Shown here piece after piece: positions 7,876 through 16,598 of a stretch of 51,696 nucleotides of DNA. Every line of letters starts with the position of its first letter. Positions within the stretch are counted from its first letter, which is position 1. This stretch comes from a virus (lineage: Duplodnaviria > Caudoviricetes). The position numbers and the translations under genes are program-made. The stretch covers positions 1-51,696 of IMG/VR virus record IMGVR_UViG_3300035670_000297, one strand, 5' to 3'. The notes beneath the pieces were generated by a model that was not told the DNA's origin, made no database searches, and saw only the letters and a list, made by a program, of their open reading frames with translations.

Positions 7876-8964
7876 ATGATGACGAGGTTCCGCACCAGAA
7901 GGTTGGCTGTGGACAGCGTCAGGTTTCGAAGCGCCTGCCGACGATGCGCCTACATCCAAGATTTGTTTGTTGACCCAACCCGCAAGACCCTGATCTTCCA
8001 AGCAGAAGTTCTGATGGTCGGAGGCGGCGCCGGTGGAGGCTCCACCAGCCTCGCAGCTCCTTATGCTGGTGGAGGTGGAGGTGGAGGTGGTGTTGTGTCT
8101 GGTCTTGTCGATTTCGACTGGGACCAAGACACTGGTTCAGGTACCGAGCCTTGGGTTTACTTCTCTGATATCGGAGCCGGAGGAGCAGGATCTAGTGGCC
8201 TTCAAACGACTGCACCCTATGGAGGATCTGCTGGTTCCCCAACAGTCTTGTACACCTACGACACAAACCTCTCTTGTTTAGTTGGAGGAGGAGCAGGCGG
8301 CGGTAATGCCTCAAGAGTAGGCCTTTCGGGTGCGACCTATGGAGGCTCTTCAGGAGGTGGAGCTGGTGGTGGAACAGGCACCAGAAACGGAGGTCTTGCA
8401 GGACTTACCAACTACAAGTTCGACTACAACTACTTCGACAACTACTACGCCCTCGCTGGTGCAGCCAATGTTTCCGATGGTCTGGGTACTTTTACGATTC
8501 CGGGTGGCGGTGGAGGTGCTGGGTCTAGTGGGTCACAAGGAACTGCCAGCCCTATAAAGGGTGGAGATGGCGGCACATCTCAGACTGACTTCCCAGGATT
8601 TCCCTTGGGACCAGGTGGTGGTGGTGGCGCCCCTGCAGGCGGTACTCCCGGGAGTGGCCATGAGGGTGTCGGTGATGGTGGTGCGGTTGATAATGCCGGG
8701 AGGAATGGCTTCGCAAACTCCGGTGGCGGAGGCGGTGGTAGCGGTGAGGATACGGCTGGGGGTGTGGCTTTGGGCGGAGGTAATGGGGGTAGCGGACTCA
8801 TTGTTATTCGATACCCCGGAACTCCAGTCGCGCCGTCGTCCTTGGATAGACTAGACTCCCCGGTTCCAGCGGGGGCAGCGGGCATTTCCTACCGCTCGGG
8901 CGGCTATACCTACCACGTGTTCAGTAGCAGCAACCACTACTTCGACTTGAGAAAGCTTCTCTGA
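7876..8964 (+). CDS. Glycine-rich tail-fibre/receptor-binding-like protein
   Basis: VLMVGGGAGGG, GGGGGGG, ANSGGGGGG and GGNGGSGLIVIRY motifs typical of phage Gly-rich domains. Confidence 0.8.
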   Translation: MMTRFRTRRLAVDSVRFRSACRRCAYIQDLFVDPTRKTLIFQAEVLMVGGGAGGGSTSLAAPYAGGGGGGGGVVSGLVDFDWDQDTGSGTEPWVYFSDIGAGGAGSSGLQTTAPYGGSAGSPTVLYTYDTNLSCLVGGGAGGGNASRVGLSGATYGGSSGGGAGGGTGTRNGGLAGLTNYKFDYNYFDNYYALAGAANVSDGLGTFTIPGGGGGAGSSGSQGTASPIKGGDGGTSQTDFPGFPLGPGGGGGAPAGGTPGSGHEGVGDGGAVDNAGRNGFANSGGGGGGSGEDTAGGVALGGGNGGSGLIVIRYPGTPVAPSSLDRLDSPVPAGAAGISYRSGGYTYHVFSSSNHYFDLRKLL

Positions 8965-8966
8965 CC

Positions 8967-9209
8967 ATGCCACACTTTGCCAAGATCAACGAGGAGAACA
9001 TCGTGACCAAGGTCATCTATGTCTCTGACGCCCTTGAGGCATTGGGCGAGGAGGCCTTCTCCCAGATGAGAGGTGGCACTTGGTTGCACACCTCATACAC
9101 GGGAAGAATTCGTGGGAAGTACGCGGCTCTTGGTGACCGCTACGACCCGGTTTCGGATACGTTTGTTTACGTGCCATCACCAGATCAAGAGCCCGAAGAA
9201 GAAGAGTAG
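8967..9209 (+). CDS. Small partner of Gly-rich fibre proteins (possible assembly chaperone)
   Basis: MPHFAKINEENIV..W.HTSY.G..RGKYA..G..YD...D.F pattern, which I recall commonly lying next to Gly-rich genes. Confidence 0.75.
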   Translation: MPHFAKINEENIVTKVIYVSDALEALGEEAFSQMRGGTWLHTSYTGRIRGKYAALGDRYDPVSDTFVYVPSPDQEPEEEE

Positions 9210-9223
9210 GGCAGGAGAACAAC

Positions 9224-10489
9224 ATGCCACCAGAGTTCCGGGCGCTCTCACAAGAGGACGCCATCGAGTTTCTCGAGGCCCACGGCATCGTCGCCACCAA
9301 GCCTCCCATTCGCTCGTCTGACTTTCGTCTTGTCACTGACTCGCCATTCCACTACCTGCTGTGCCGAAGGTTCGGCATGGTTCCGGAGATCTCATGGAGT
9401 GAAGCACTGAATAGGGGAACCTGGTTTCACCAGAGGTTCGCCATGCTTCACATGCCTGAGGCAGAAGCTGACCTCGCATACAACCAGCTGCTGCGCGACC
9501 GGGTCGAGGAACTGATGGAGGTGTGCAAGCGCCACGGCATCGACGGCGAGAAGAAGCGAGCCATCATCTCGACTGAGGAGCAAGACCACGCAACATCCCT
9601 TGCTTGGTACAAGACCTGCAACAAGGTGCAGATCAGCTCGGAGGTTGGGACGCTGAGCCAGTTTCTTACGGCCCCCCACTACAGGCCGATCTGTGCGGAG
9701 TGCCTGCTGGGGGCGTCGATGCGGGATGTGACGAAGGATGGGTGGATGGCGCCGTGCGTGGCGCAGCCCGACTTGGTGCTGTACCACACGAAGCAGAACT
9801 CGGTGTGGATCGTGGACTACAAGACCACATCCCTGTCCCCCCTCGAACGCGCTCTGTCCTGCACGATCGAGCCGCAGACCCAGCACTACCTGCACATCCT
9901 TGAGGCCAACCTCAAGCAGGAGAAGTTCAGGGAAGAGCACGCGCTGCCTCCCGACGTGAGGGTGGGGGGGATGATGCACGCCATCGTGCAGAAGCCAACG
10001 ATCGAGTTTGGCATGAAGGACCGGGACTACACGTTGGACAACACGCCCTTCAAGAGCGGACCTCGGAAGGGCGAGCCCCGCAATGAGCGGGTGTATCAGG
10101 GTGAGCCCCGGCTGGAGAACTACATCAAGCGGTGCCAAGAGTGGTACACCGGGACGGGGGAGTACACCCACCTTGCGTCCGATAGGCAGGCGTCTCCAGT
10201 TGTCAACATTTCATTCACAAGCGGCGAGGCCCTGTTGGACAAGATGTGGCGCCGGCAGTATCTTGCGAGGGTTGCGATGGTCAACAAGTGGCGGATGCTC
10301 CGCCCCGACCCAGGGTTGTTCCCTTGGCCGGCAGGTGTTTCGGGAAAGACAGGCAGGAAGGATCCTTACTCTGACTTCGTGCTCAGGCCCTACACCGAGT
10401 GGCCCGAGATCATGAGGCAGAACGGGGTAGCCATCGTCCGACGAGATGCTGTCCTGCCTGACAGCGATGAGGAGATCAGTGATGGGTGA
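9224..10489 (+). CDS. PD-(D/E)XK exonuclease (RecB/AddB-like)
   Basis: ALNRGTWFH, QPDLV, IVDYKT and QTQHY motifs. Confidence 0.85.
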   Translation: MPPEFRALSQEDAIEFLEAHGIVATKPPIRSSDFRLVTDSPFHYLLCRRFGMVPEISWSEALNRGTWFHQRFAMLHMPEAEADLAYNQLLRDRVEELMEVCKRHGIDGEKKRAIISTEEQDHATSLAWYKTCNKVQISSEVGTLSQFLTAPHYRPICAECLLGASMRDVTKDGWMAPCVAQPDLVLYHTKQNSVWIVDYKTTSLSPLERALSCTIEPQTQHYLHILEANLKQEKFREEHALPPDVRVGGMMHAIVQKPTIEFGMKDRDYTLDNTPFKSGPRKGEPRNERVYQGEPRLENYIKRCQEWYTGTGEYTHLASDRQASPVVNISFTSGEALLDKMWRRQYLARVAMVNKWRMLRPDPGLFPWPAGVSGKTGRKDPYSDFVLRPYTEWPEIMRQNGVAIVRRDAVLPDSDEEISDG

Positions 10490-10907
10490 CTATCCAGACA
10501 AGCAGAATGTGAGGGACACCATGAAGAACCAGTTCAAGGAGTTCACTGCAGACATCATCAACACGATCGTGAAGCCCAAGCTTCAGGCGGTGTTCGCGAA
10601 GTATCGGGATCGCATCAACTCGAGGGGGGACTTCCTCGCTTTCTTCAATGAGGAGTTCGGGTACTCCATCTCGATGAGTGTGTTTCAGGGATGGATGGAT
10701 CAACTGGGTGTGCGCTTTGAGCGGACAGTCAGGATCATTGGTCTCGAGCTGCCTGCGCCGGGCGGCCTTGCGGCCCGCCCGGCTCCGGCATCTGCCGGGG
10801 ACCAGGAAGAGTTTCAGGTAAGGTTTGCCAACGAATCACCCACCGACTTCGCCGGCGCTCGTGGCTACGGTGATGCCTTCGGTGAGCTACACAAGGACTT
10901 CAACTGA
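10482..10907 (+). CDS. Hypothetical protein, 141 aa
   Basis: GAGGAG RBS; coupled to both neighbours. Confidence 0.75.
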   Translation: MGDYPDKQNVRDTMKNQFKEFTADIINTIVKPKLQAVFAKYRDRINSRGDFLAFFNEEFGYSISMSVFQGWMDQLGVRFERTVRIIGLELPAPGGLAARPAPASAGDQEEFQVRFANESPTDFAGARGYGDAFGELHKDFN

Positions 10908-11806
10908 TGAGCACGTTCCAGACAATGGCTACGGGTGCCTCGCCCTCCAAGGGCTTCCCCGGCTTGGGGTTCACCCAGCCCTCTCACTACAGCCTCAAGA
11001 ACATGTGGGGCATGGTGGTAGGCGAGCAGAACAGCGGCAAGTCCTATCTGTTTCAGGGTTGCTCTGACGCATTCATCCTGAATCTGGATCTCACGGCGAC
11101 GGTGTCCCCCCACGCCAATGCGACGGTGTGGCCCGGCATCGGCAAGGATGGCCGGCCCATTGATGTAGGTGGCAAGCCGATCACGCTGACGTGGGATCTG
11201 GTAGAGGCGAAGATCAAGCAGTTGTGTGAGCTGGCGGACAAGGGAATGGATCGCCCATCGATGGTGGTGATCGACACGCTGGCTCCGGCAATCCGAATGT
11301 TGAAGGGCCACGTCGCGCGGCTCATGGGCAAGGAGACGTTCGAGCAGGCCCATGGCCCAGCGGCTTGGGAGAAGTTGTATGACTCGGTGATCGACATTGC
11401 GCACCGACTCAGGCAACATGGGTATGGCGTGTGGATGATCGCGCACCTCAGCCGTGAGTGGGTGGAGATCTCGGAGCACAGCAAGGTGGAGGATCACTAC
11501 CTCAGCCTGCCCCCCGGACTGAAGGAGCGGTTGTCCAAGAGCGTGGAGATCATCGCGCCCATGCGGTGCGAGACCACGGAGAGCACCACCACCGAGCCGG
11601 TGACCGTGACGATTGGTGGCAAGCAGATCACCCAGCAGAAGGTGGTCGTGAAGCGGGAGAACCGCAGGATCCTGGCGTTCGCTGATCCTCGGTACATGCG
11701 GCTGGTGCGCACCCGCACCCTCAAGCCGCTGCCCGACATCGACATCACCAACTCGCCGACTGCATGGCAGGACTTTGAGAAGGCGTTCAACGACGCCACC
11801 TCATGA
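10907..11806 (+). CDS. P-loop ATPase, Sak4/AAA_24-like recombinase
   Basis: Walker A GEQNSGKS, Walker B VVIDT, IAH; lies between an exonuclease and an SSB-like gene. Confidence 0.78.
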   Translation: MSTFQTMATGASPSKGFPGLGFTQPSHYSLKNMWGMVVGEQNSGKSYLFQGCSDAFILNLDLTATVSPHANATVWPGIGKDGRPIDVGGKPITLTWDLVEAKIKQLCELADKGMDRPSMVVIDTLAPAIRMLKGHVARLMGKETFEQAHGPAAWEKLYDSVIDIAHRLRQHGYGVWMIAHLSREWVEISEHSKVEDHYLSLPPGLKERLSKSVEIIAPMRCETTESTTTEPVTVTIGGKQITQQKVVVKRENRRILAFADPRYMRLVRTRTLKPLPDIDITNSPTAWQDFEKAFNDATS

Positions 11807-11815
11807 CCGTGTTTT

Positions 11816-11993
11816 ACTGTGCACGTCAGGGACTAGCCAATGGTAGTAACAAGCATGGGATGGATGCACAGCCGCCCTCGCTAACATGCCCGATGACGGG
11901 TGATGGGAGTACCCAGTCTCCCTTGGCTCCCTGACGACGATCCCCCGGAAGGGCTGGGGGTGGGCCCTCGACGGTGTCCCACCCCTGCCTTCC
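11816..11993 (+). ncRNA. Candidate structured RNA / leader element
   Basis: 14-bp closing stem 11824-40/11923-36 with internal hairpins, a 7-bp pseudoknot option, then a second long hairpin at 11947-11993. Confidence 0.45.
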
Positions 11994-11999
11994 AGTTTG

Positions 12000-12016
12000 T
12001 GGAAGTTAAACTTCCA
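12000..12016. promoter_or_regulatory. Perfect palindrome, operator-like
   Basis: TGGAAGTT-A-AACTTCCA. Confidence 0.4.
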
Positions 12017-12071
12017 GTTCTTTGTTCCGTGTCTCGTTTCTTCTTACCCCCTATTTCAAGGAGTTTGCATC

Positions 12072-12590
12072 GTGTCGATCAAGTCAAGCATGTTCAATGC
12101 GTTCAGTGAGATCTACCAGTCGGCTGAGGCCAACACCGAGGGCTCGGCTGCTGGCTGGCGCCCCGAGGCTGGCGACCACGCCGTCATGGTGACGGGCATC
12201 GTGGCCGACAACGGCGAGTTCAAGCAGAAGGATGGCCAGGTGTTCCCGTCCAACCTGATCTACTTCACCTACCAGATGATTGATGACCCGGGTAGCCCCA
12301 GCGATCCCCGGTCGTTCAAGGGCAAGGCCTTCAACCTGCCGAGCAATCCGTCTCAGTTGACGGACGATGGTGCCAAGACCCGCATGCGCATCGACCTCGA
12401 GCGCCTGAAGGGCCACCTGCGCACCATCCTCGGCAGCAGCACCAACAACCTCGCCGCCGACATGGAGGCTGTGAGCAAGAAGTTGGGCAACGGCGTGCCG
12501 ACTGGCGTGAAGCTCCGGGCCAAGTACGACGCAAGTCGGGACGGCAAGACCCTGTACTTCACCGAGTTCCTCACTGGCCAGCTGCTCTGA
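12072..12590 (+). CDS. Putative ssDNA-binding protein (DUF669-like)
   Basis: AAGGAG RBS and GTG start; WRPEAGDHAVMV pattern; position after the Sak4-like gene; highly biased codons. Confidence 0.6.
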   Translation: MSIKSSMFNAFSEIYQSAEANTEGSAAGWRPEAGDHAVMVTGIVADNGEFKQKDGQVFPSNLIYFTYQMIDDPGSPSDPRSFKGKAFNLPSNPSQLTDDGAKTRMRIDLERLKGHLRTILGSSTNNLAADMEAVSKKLGNGVPTGVKLRAKYDASRDGKTLYFTEFLTGQLL

Positions 12591-12598
12591 GTGACGGG

Positions 12599-12626
12599 TT
12601 GACATGGGGACACCCGGCACTAGCAT
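12599..12626 (+). promoter_or_regulatory. Possible sigma70-type promoter
   Basis: TTGACA-N16-TAGCAT. Confidence 0.35.
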
Positions 12627-13203
12627 GGACCAAACGTCCCCCCACGACAGCCCCGGAGGTAACCTGCCCGGTTCCTCCGGGGCATTCTCTTTACAGGGGC
12701 CGGTCGCATCCGGTTGGGCTCACCTCAAGCCCCTCCGGCCTGACCGGCCCCTAGCGTCACGGGCTATCCGACTGTGGATGGCAACTCCCGGGTGGGACAG
12801 GCAGGTGCCTGAAGTCGAGGTCTCCCCCAGGAGAGGTCTACTCCGAGGTAGGGTAGGCCTCGGTTTGTGGATGCGCCCCTGCGCGGGAGGCCTCGACTAC
12901 TGGCTCCTGCTTGGCTGGTCGCCCAAGGGCCCGCCCGTGCCCCCAGATCGACAGACCCGTTGGCTAAGGGCTACGGAGGCTCCCCCCTGGGACTTCCTGC
13001 CCCTGGGCGACGTAGACGTTTCAGGGAGCCTGCATGCCGGCCAGCTGCGGTACCTGGCTTTCCAGATCAGAACCGACATTCGAAACCAGATGGACGCCCT
13101 CCTAGGCCGGCCACTGGTTGACCGCCTTCTCCTGCCCCGGCGTGTGCCGTGGGCCGTCCGTGTCATTGCCCCCCAGACCTATCAGTTCTGGGTGGGCCTG
13201 TAA
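12625..13203 (+). CDS. Possible hypothetical protein (start uncertain)
   Basis: Fills a 600-bp gap, but codon usage is atypical and there is no clear RBS. Confidence 0.4.
   Translation: MDQTSPHDSPGGNLPGSSGAFSLQGPVASGWAHLKPLRPDRPLASRAIRLWMATPGWDRQVPEVEVSPRRGLLRGRVGLGLWMRPCAGGLDYWLLLGWSPKGPPVPPDRQTRWLRATEAPPWDFLPLGDVDVSGSLHAGQLRYLAFQIRTDIRNQMDALLGRPLVDRLLLPRRVPWAVRVIAPQTYQFWVGL
12650..12692 (+). terminator. Terminator-like hairpin
   Basis: GCCCCGGAGG...CCTCCGGGGC followed by ATTCTCTTT. Confidence 0.55.
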
Positions 13204-13226
13204 CCCCTACCCCCGGAGCACTACCC

Positions 13227-14150
13227 ATGGCTACCTACATCGCACAGTTCAAGCCCGTCGTCTCACCCCCCACCCCCAAGGAGATCCCAGTGGACCTCTT
13301 TACTGCCCCGACCCAGGCCCCCGAGCCGGTTGACATGTCCCTCAGCCCCCGCCTGAAGCAGATCGTGGGGGGAATCGCACAGTCCCGGATGACGGAGAAC
13401 CTCCGAGTCACCGGCCCCAGCGGCTGCGGCAAGACCAGCCTCGGCCAGTGGATCGCCCAAGAGACCAAGCGCCCGCTGCTCATCATGGATTGCGCCGTCG
13501 TCCGTGAGCCCCGCGACTGGTTCGGCTTCCGCACCGTCAAGGATGGCGCCGTCCTGTGGCAGGACACCGAGTTCGTCAGGGCCATCGAGGCTGGCAACTA
13601 CGTCGTGGTCCTCGACGAGTTGAACCGTGCATCGTCCTCCGTCCTCAACGGCCTGTTCCCCCTGCTCGACCACCGCCGGCGTGCGTGGATCGAGGAGCGT
13701 CAGCGTGCAGTGACGGTCGGCGCGAACACCATGTTCATCGCCACCACCAACACCGGTTCCCGCTACGTCGGCGCCGGCCCACTGGATGCTGCGTTGGACG
13801 AGCGCTTCACGCGCGTCATCGAGATGTCCTACCTCAACCGGCAGGACGAGTTGGCTCTCCTCACCCGACGCGTGCCCACGCTGGACGCCAAGTGGGCAGA
13901 GGCGTTGTGCGAGATCGCGGCCAAGACCAGACAGTCCACGTCCAACGTTCGACCCCTCAGCACCAGGCGTGTACTGGCTGCGGCTCAGGACCTGGCGCAG
14001 TATGGTCAGGAGTCTCTGGAGTACACCATCCTCAACTCCAGCTCAGATCCCGTCGAGCGTTCAGCCCTCGCTGCTCTGCTAATCGGCAAGTTCCCCAACA
14101 TCCTGGAAGGCTACAGCGTGCAGACCCCCAACACCACGTCGCCCTTCTGA
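13227..14150 (+). CDS. MoxR/CbbQ/CobS-like AAA+ ATPase
   Basis: GPSGCGKT, VVLDELNR, ATTN, LDAALDERF. Confidence 0.9.
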   Translation: MATYIAQFKPVVSPPTPKEIPVDLFTAPTQAPEPVDMSLSPRLKQIVGGIAQSRMTENLRVTGPSGCGKTSLGQWIAQETKRPLLIMDCAVVREPRDWFGFRTVKDGAVLWQDTEFVRAIEAGNYVVVLDELNRASSSVLNGLFPLLDHRRRAWIEERQRAVTVGANTMFIATTNTGSRYVGAGPLDAALDERFTRVIEMSYLNRQDELALLTRRVPTLDAKWAEALCEIAAKTRQSTSNVRPLSTRRVLAAAQDLAQYGQESLEYTILNSSSDPVERSALAALLIGKFPNILEGYSVQTPNTTSPF

Positions 14151-14171
14151 TCCCCCCACGGAGCTACCCCC

Positions 14172-16208
14172 ATGTTCAACAAGATCTATGACTGGTTCGA
14201 CAACACGTTTGACTACGGGTTCCACAGGGACAACACCAAGACCAAGCGTGTAGATCCGGACTCCGCGCTGTTCGTTCTGGAGCAGGCAGGTGAGGTTTGG
14301 GACCTCTGGGTCCGGAACCCAGTGTCCTTCCGACTCTCAACCTCCTACAACCAATCTGGTTATGGCAGTGCGCCTTTCTACTTCCGCACCGCAATCGAAC
14401 AGGCTCGACGCATCTACCTCAGCTCCGACGAGCAGAAGAAGGAGATGCTCAAGAAGCCAGACACCAAGTTGTGTGCGGAGTACATCGAGGCTCGGAGGCT
14501 TGAACTCCAAGAACATCCGGACTCTGCGGAGATGGTTGCCATCCCGTACTCCGTCATGGCTGCAGCTCCTGACTTCGCATCCGCAGTCGATGCGGTGACT
14601 GCCATCGGCCTAGACGCGCTCGAGTTCAACAACAACACGCTTCTGGAGTTGGACTACACGTGCGTCCAAGCCTTGGTGGACAACGCCACTTCGAACAGTG
14701 GGAACAGGGATGTGCGTTCTTGGGGCTACTCTGAAGCCCAGAACCTTGGCATGGTGTCGCTCAACATCCAGAACGAAGCCAAGTACCGGTTGCACTGCGA
14801 CATGTTCCTCAAGACCTGGTCTGCTCTCTGCTCCCTCAAGCACCGCCAAGTAATCCTGGATAAGTGGCCGGGGTGGTCAGAGTTGTACGAGTCCTACGAG
14901 TCAACGATCTTGGACAGCAAGGCTTCGGTCCAGAAGTTCCTGGATGGCAAGGCGTTCGGCAACAGTGAGTACGAGCGGTTCTTCACTGCGTTGGCCTACA
15001 ACACCAACATCAGCGGACACCGAGTCAAGCTGCCCAAGCTACCGCAGTTCGACATGGCAGCGAGTGTGGTCAAGCGCTATTGGCCCGACCTGCTGACCGC
15101 AGACCCCAACACTCAGATCATCGAGCTTGGCAAGATGATGACTGAGGTGCGTGGCATCTTGTCCCTCGACCCCAACGGAAATGGCAAAGCCCCCCGGAAG
15201 GGCAAGCTCATGGTGGGCATCAATCCCGCAGAGGACCAGGAGTCGCGGGGTGGGAAAGACACAACCATCGAGTGTTCCCCCAGCGACGGTCAGAAGGCCA
15301 CCGAAGACTCGGCCACTAACCAAGTCATGGTGCCTGCAGACTTTGGATTTGTTCGGGACTACCTCCGCAAAGAAGAGGCCAAGAGGCCTAGCTTTATCTC
15401 CCCCCACAAGCTGAACATGTACACCCCCAACAAGCAGTTGACCGACGAGGTAGCGTCTGCGGTGTGGCAAGTTGCTCTCCCACCAGCCAGCGACCACGGG
15501 CAGTTGGATGGAGTGCTAGACGAAGGCGCCCTCTACAAGCTAGCCGGGTGGGGGGACGCACATGTCTTTGACCGACCCCCCGAAGCCGGCGCCGGAAGTG
15601 TGGTACTGGGCATCATGGTTGACGTGAGCGGCAGCATGCTCAACCTGATCGATAACGCCTTGGCCTTCCTCCACGCAGTCATCGAGGGTTCCAAGAACCA
15701 CAAGAACGTGAAGCTCATCCCCGTCTGCTTCTCAGCAACTGACAACCACGTCCTGAACAACAAGGCCGCAATCTGCAGCGTTGTCGAGTTTCAGAGTGTG
15801 GAGGAGCTGGCTCACATTCACCAGTATGGGGGCACGCCCTCCACTGTTGCGCTTTACCACATGATTCAACGACTGGACATGGAAGACGCCCACGCCAGCA
15901 AGGGGATCATCATGGTCACGGACGGCAAGCCTTGCGGCATGTGTTTCGACCCAACGTTGGACTTTGACAACTACGTCAAGACACCCCAAGACAAGACCCT
16001 TTTTGAGTGTGGGTATCTAGACTCGCCCAAGACCCTTAACTGGCTTAGCCGCAAGTCACCCTACCCCGTCGTTGGCGTCGGCATAGGACCGGGGATCGAC
16101 CGTGTGACCATGATCGAAGGCTTTGGTGCATCCAACAGCTTCAATGTCCCAGATGCCACAAAGGTGGTTCCCATCGTCTGCGACATCCTGAAGTCCGCTA
16201 CCATCTAG
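14172..16208 (+). CDS. vWA-domain (CobT/CbbO-like) partner of the AAA ATPase
   Basis: GVLDEGAL, MIDAS DVSGSM, GGTP, VTDG, VVGVGIG. Confidence 0.85.
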   Translation: MFNKIYDWFDNTFDYGFHRDNTKTKRVDPDSALFVLEQAGEVWDLWVRNPVSFRLSTSYNQSGYGSAPFYFRTAIEQARRIYLSSDEQKKEMLKKPDTKLCAEYIEARRLELQEHPDSAEMVAIPYSVMAAAPDFASAVDAVTAIGLDALEFNNNTLLELDYTCVQALVDNATSNSGNRDVRSWGYSEAQNLGMVSLNIQNEAKYRLHCDMFLKTWSALCSLKHRQVILDKWPGWSELYESYESTILDSKASVQKFLDGKAFGNSEYERFFTALAYNTNISGHRVKLPKLPQFDMAASVVKRYWPDLLTADPNTQIIELGKMMTEVRGILSLDPNGNGKAPRKGKLMVGINPAEDQESRGGKDTTIECSPSDGQKATEDSATNQVMVPADFGFVRDYLRKEEAKRPSFISPHKLNMYTPNKQLTDEVASAVWQVALPPASDHGQLDGVLDEGALYKLAGWGDAHVFDRPPEAGAGSVVLGIMVDVSGSMLNLIDNALAFLHAVIEGSKNHKNVKLIPVCFSATDNHVLNNKAAICSVVEFQSVEELAHIHQYGGTPSTVALYHMIQRLDMEDAHASKGIIMVTDGKPCGMCFDPTLDFDNYVKTPQDKTLFECGYLDSPKTLNWLSRKSPYPVVGVGIGPGIDRVTMIEGFGASNSFNVPDATKVVPIVCDILKSATI

Positions 16209-16232
16209 GCGTCCTCGCCAAGGAGCCTAGCC

Positions 16233-16598
16233 ATGCCACGACTGGAACGACGAGTAACTACCAACTCAGATGAGGACCTCCGAAGACGGCTCGTTCAATC
16301 CGAAGCCATGGTTGCCAGGTTTGCGGAGCGCATTCGCGCCTTCCAAGCCGTGCACACCATGAGGGTCGAGGAGACCGGCATCTTCATCGGGTTCCTAGGT
16401 GTTCTGTATCGCGAGTGGTTAGATCGCGAGAAGCAAGACGGACCCGCTCGAGTGTTTGTCCGATGGGTTGAGAGTCAGACAGCTGAGTCTCTTGTGGCCT
16501 TATTGGTTGGCCAAGACCCCAGCTCTTACTGCCCCAACCCCCCCAAGTCCGATGGGGGGACAAGCCCAGACGAGAATGGCGACAGCTGCGACGAGTAG
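16233..16598 (+). CDS. Hypothetical protein, 121 aa
   Basis: AAGGAG RBS; convergent 73-nt overlap with the 1287-aa gene. Confidence 0.7.
   Translation: MPRLERRVTTNSDEDLRRRLVQSEAMVARFAERIRAFQAVHTMRVEETGIFIGFLGVLYREWLDREKQDGPARVFVRWVESQTAESLVALLVGQDPSSYCPNPPKSDGGTSPDENGDSCDE

Noticed and set aside
9224-10489. Cas4 / CRISPR system
   Set aside because: No Cas4 C-terminal cysteine cluster, no other cas genes and no repeat-spacer array
11850-11925. HDV-like, twister or hammerhead ribozyme, or tRNA
   Set aside because: CAGCCGCCCTCGCT resembles HDV P3/L3, but P1.1 and J4/2 are missing; no CUGAUGA/GAAA core and no T-loop
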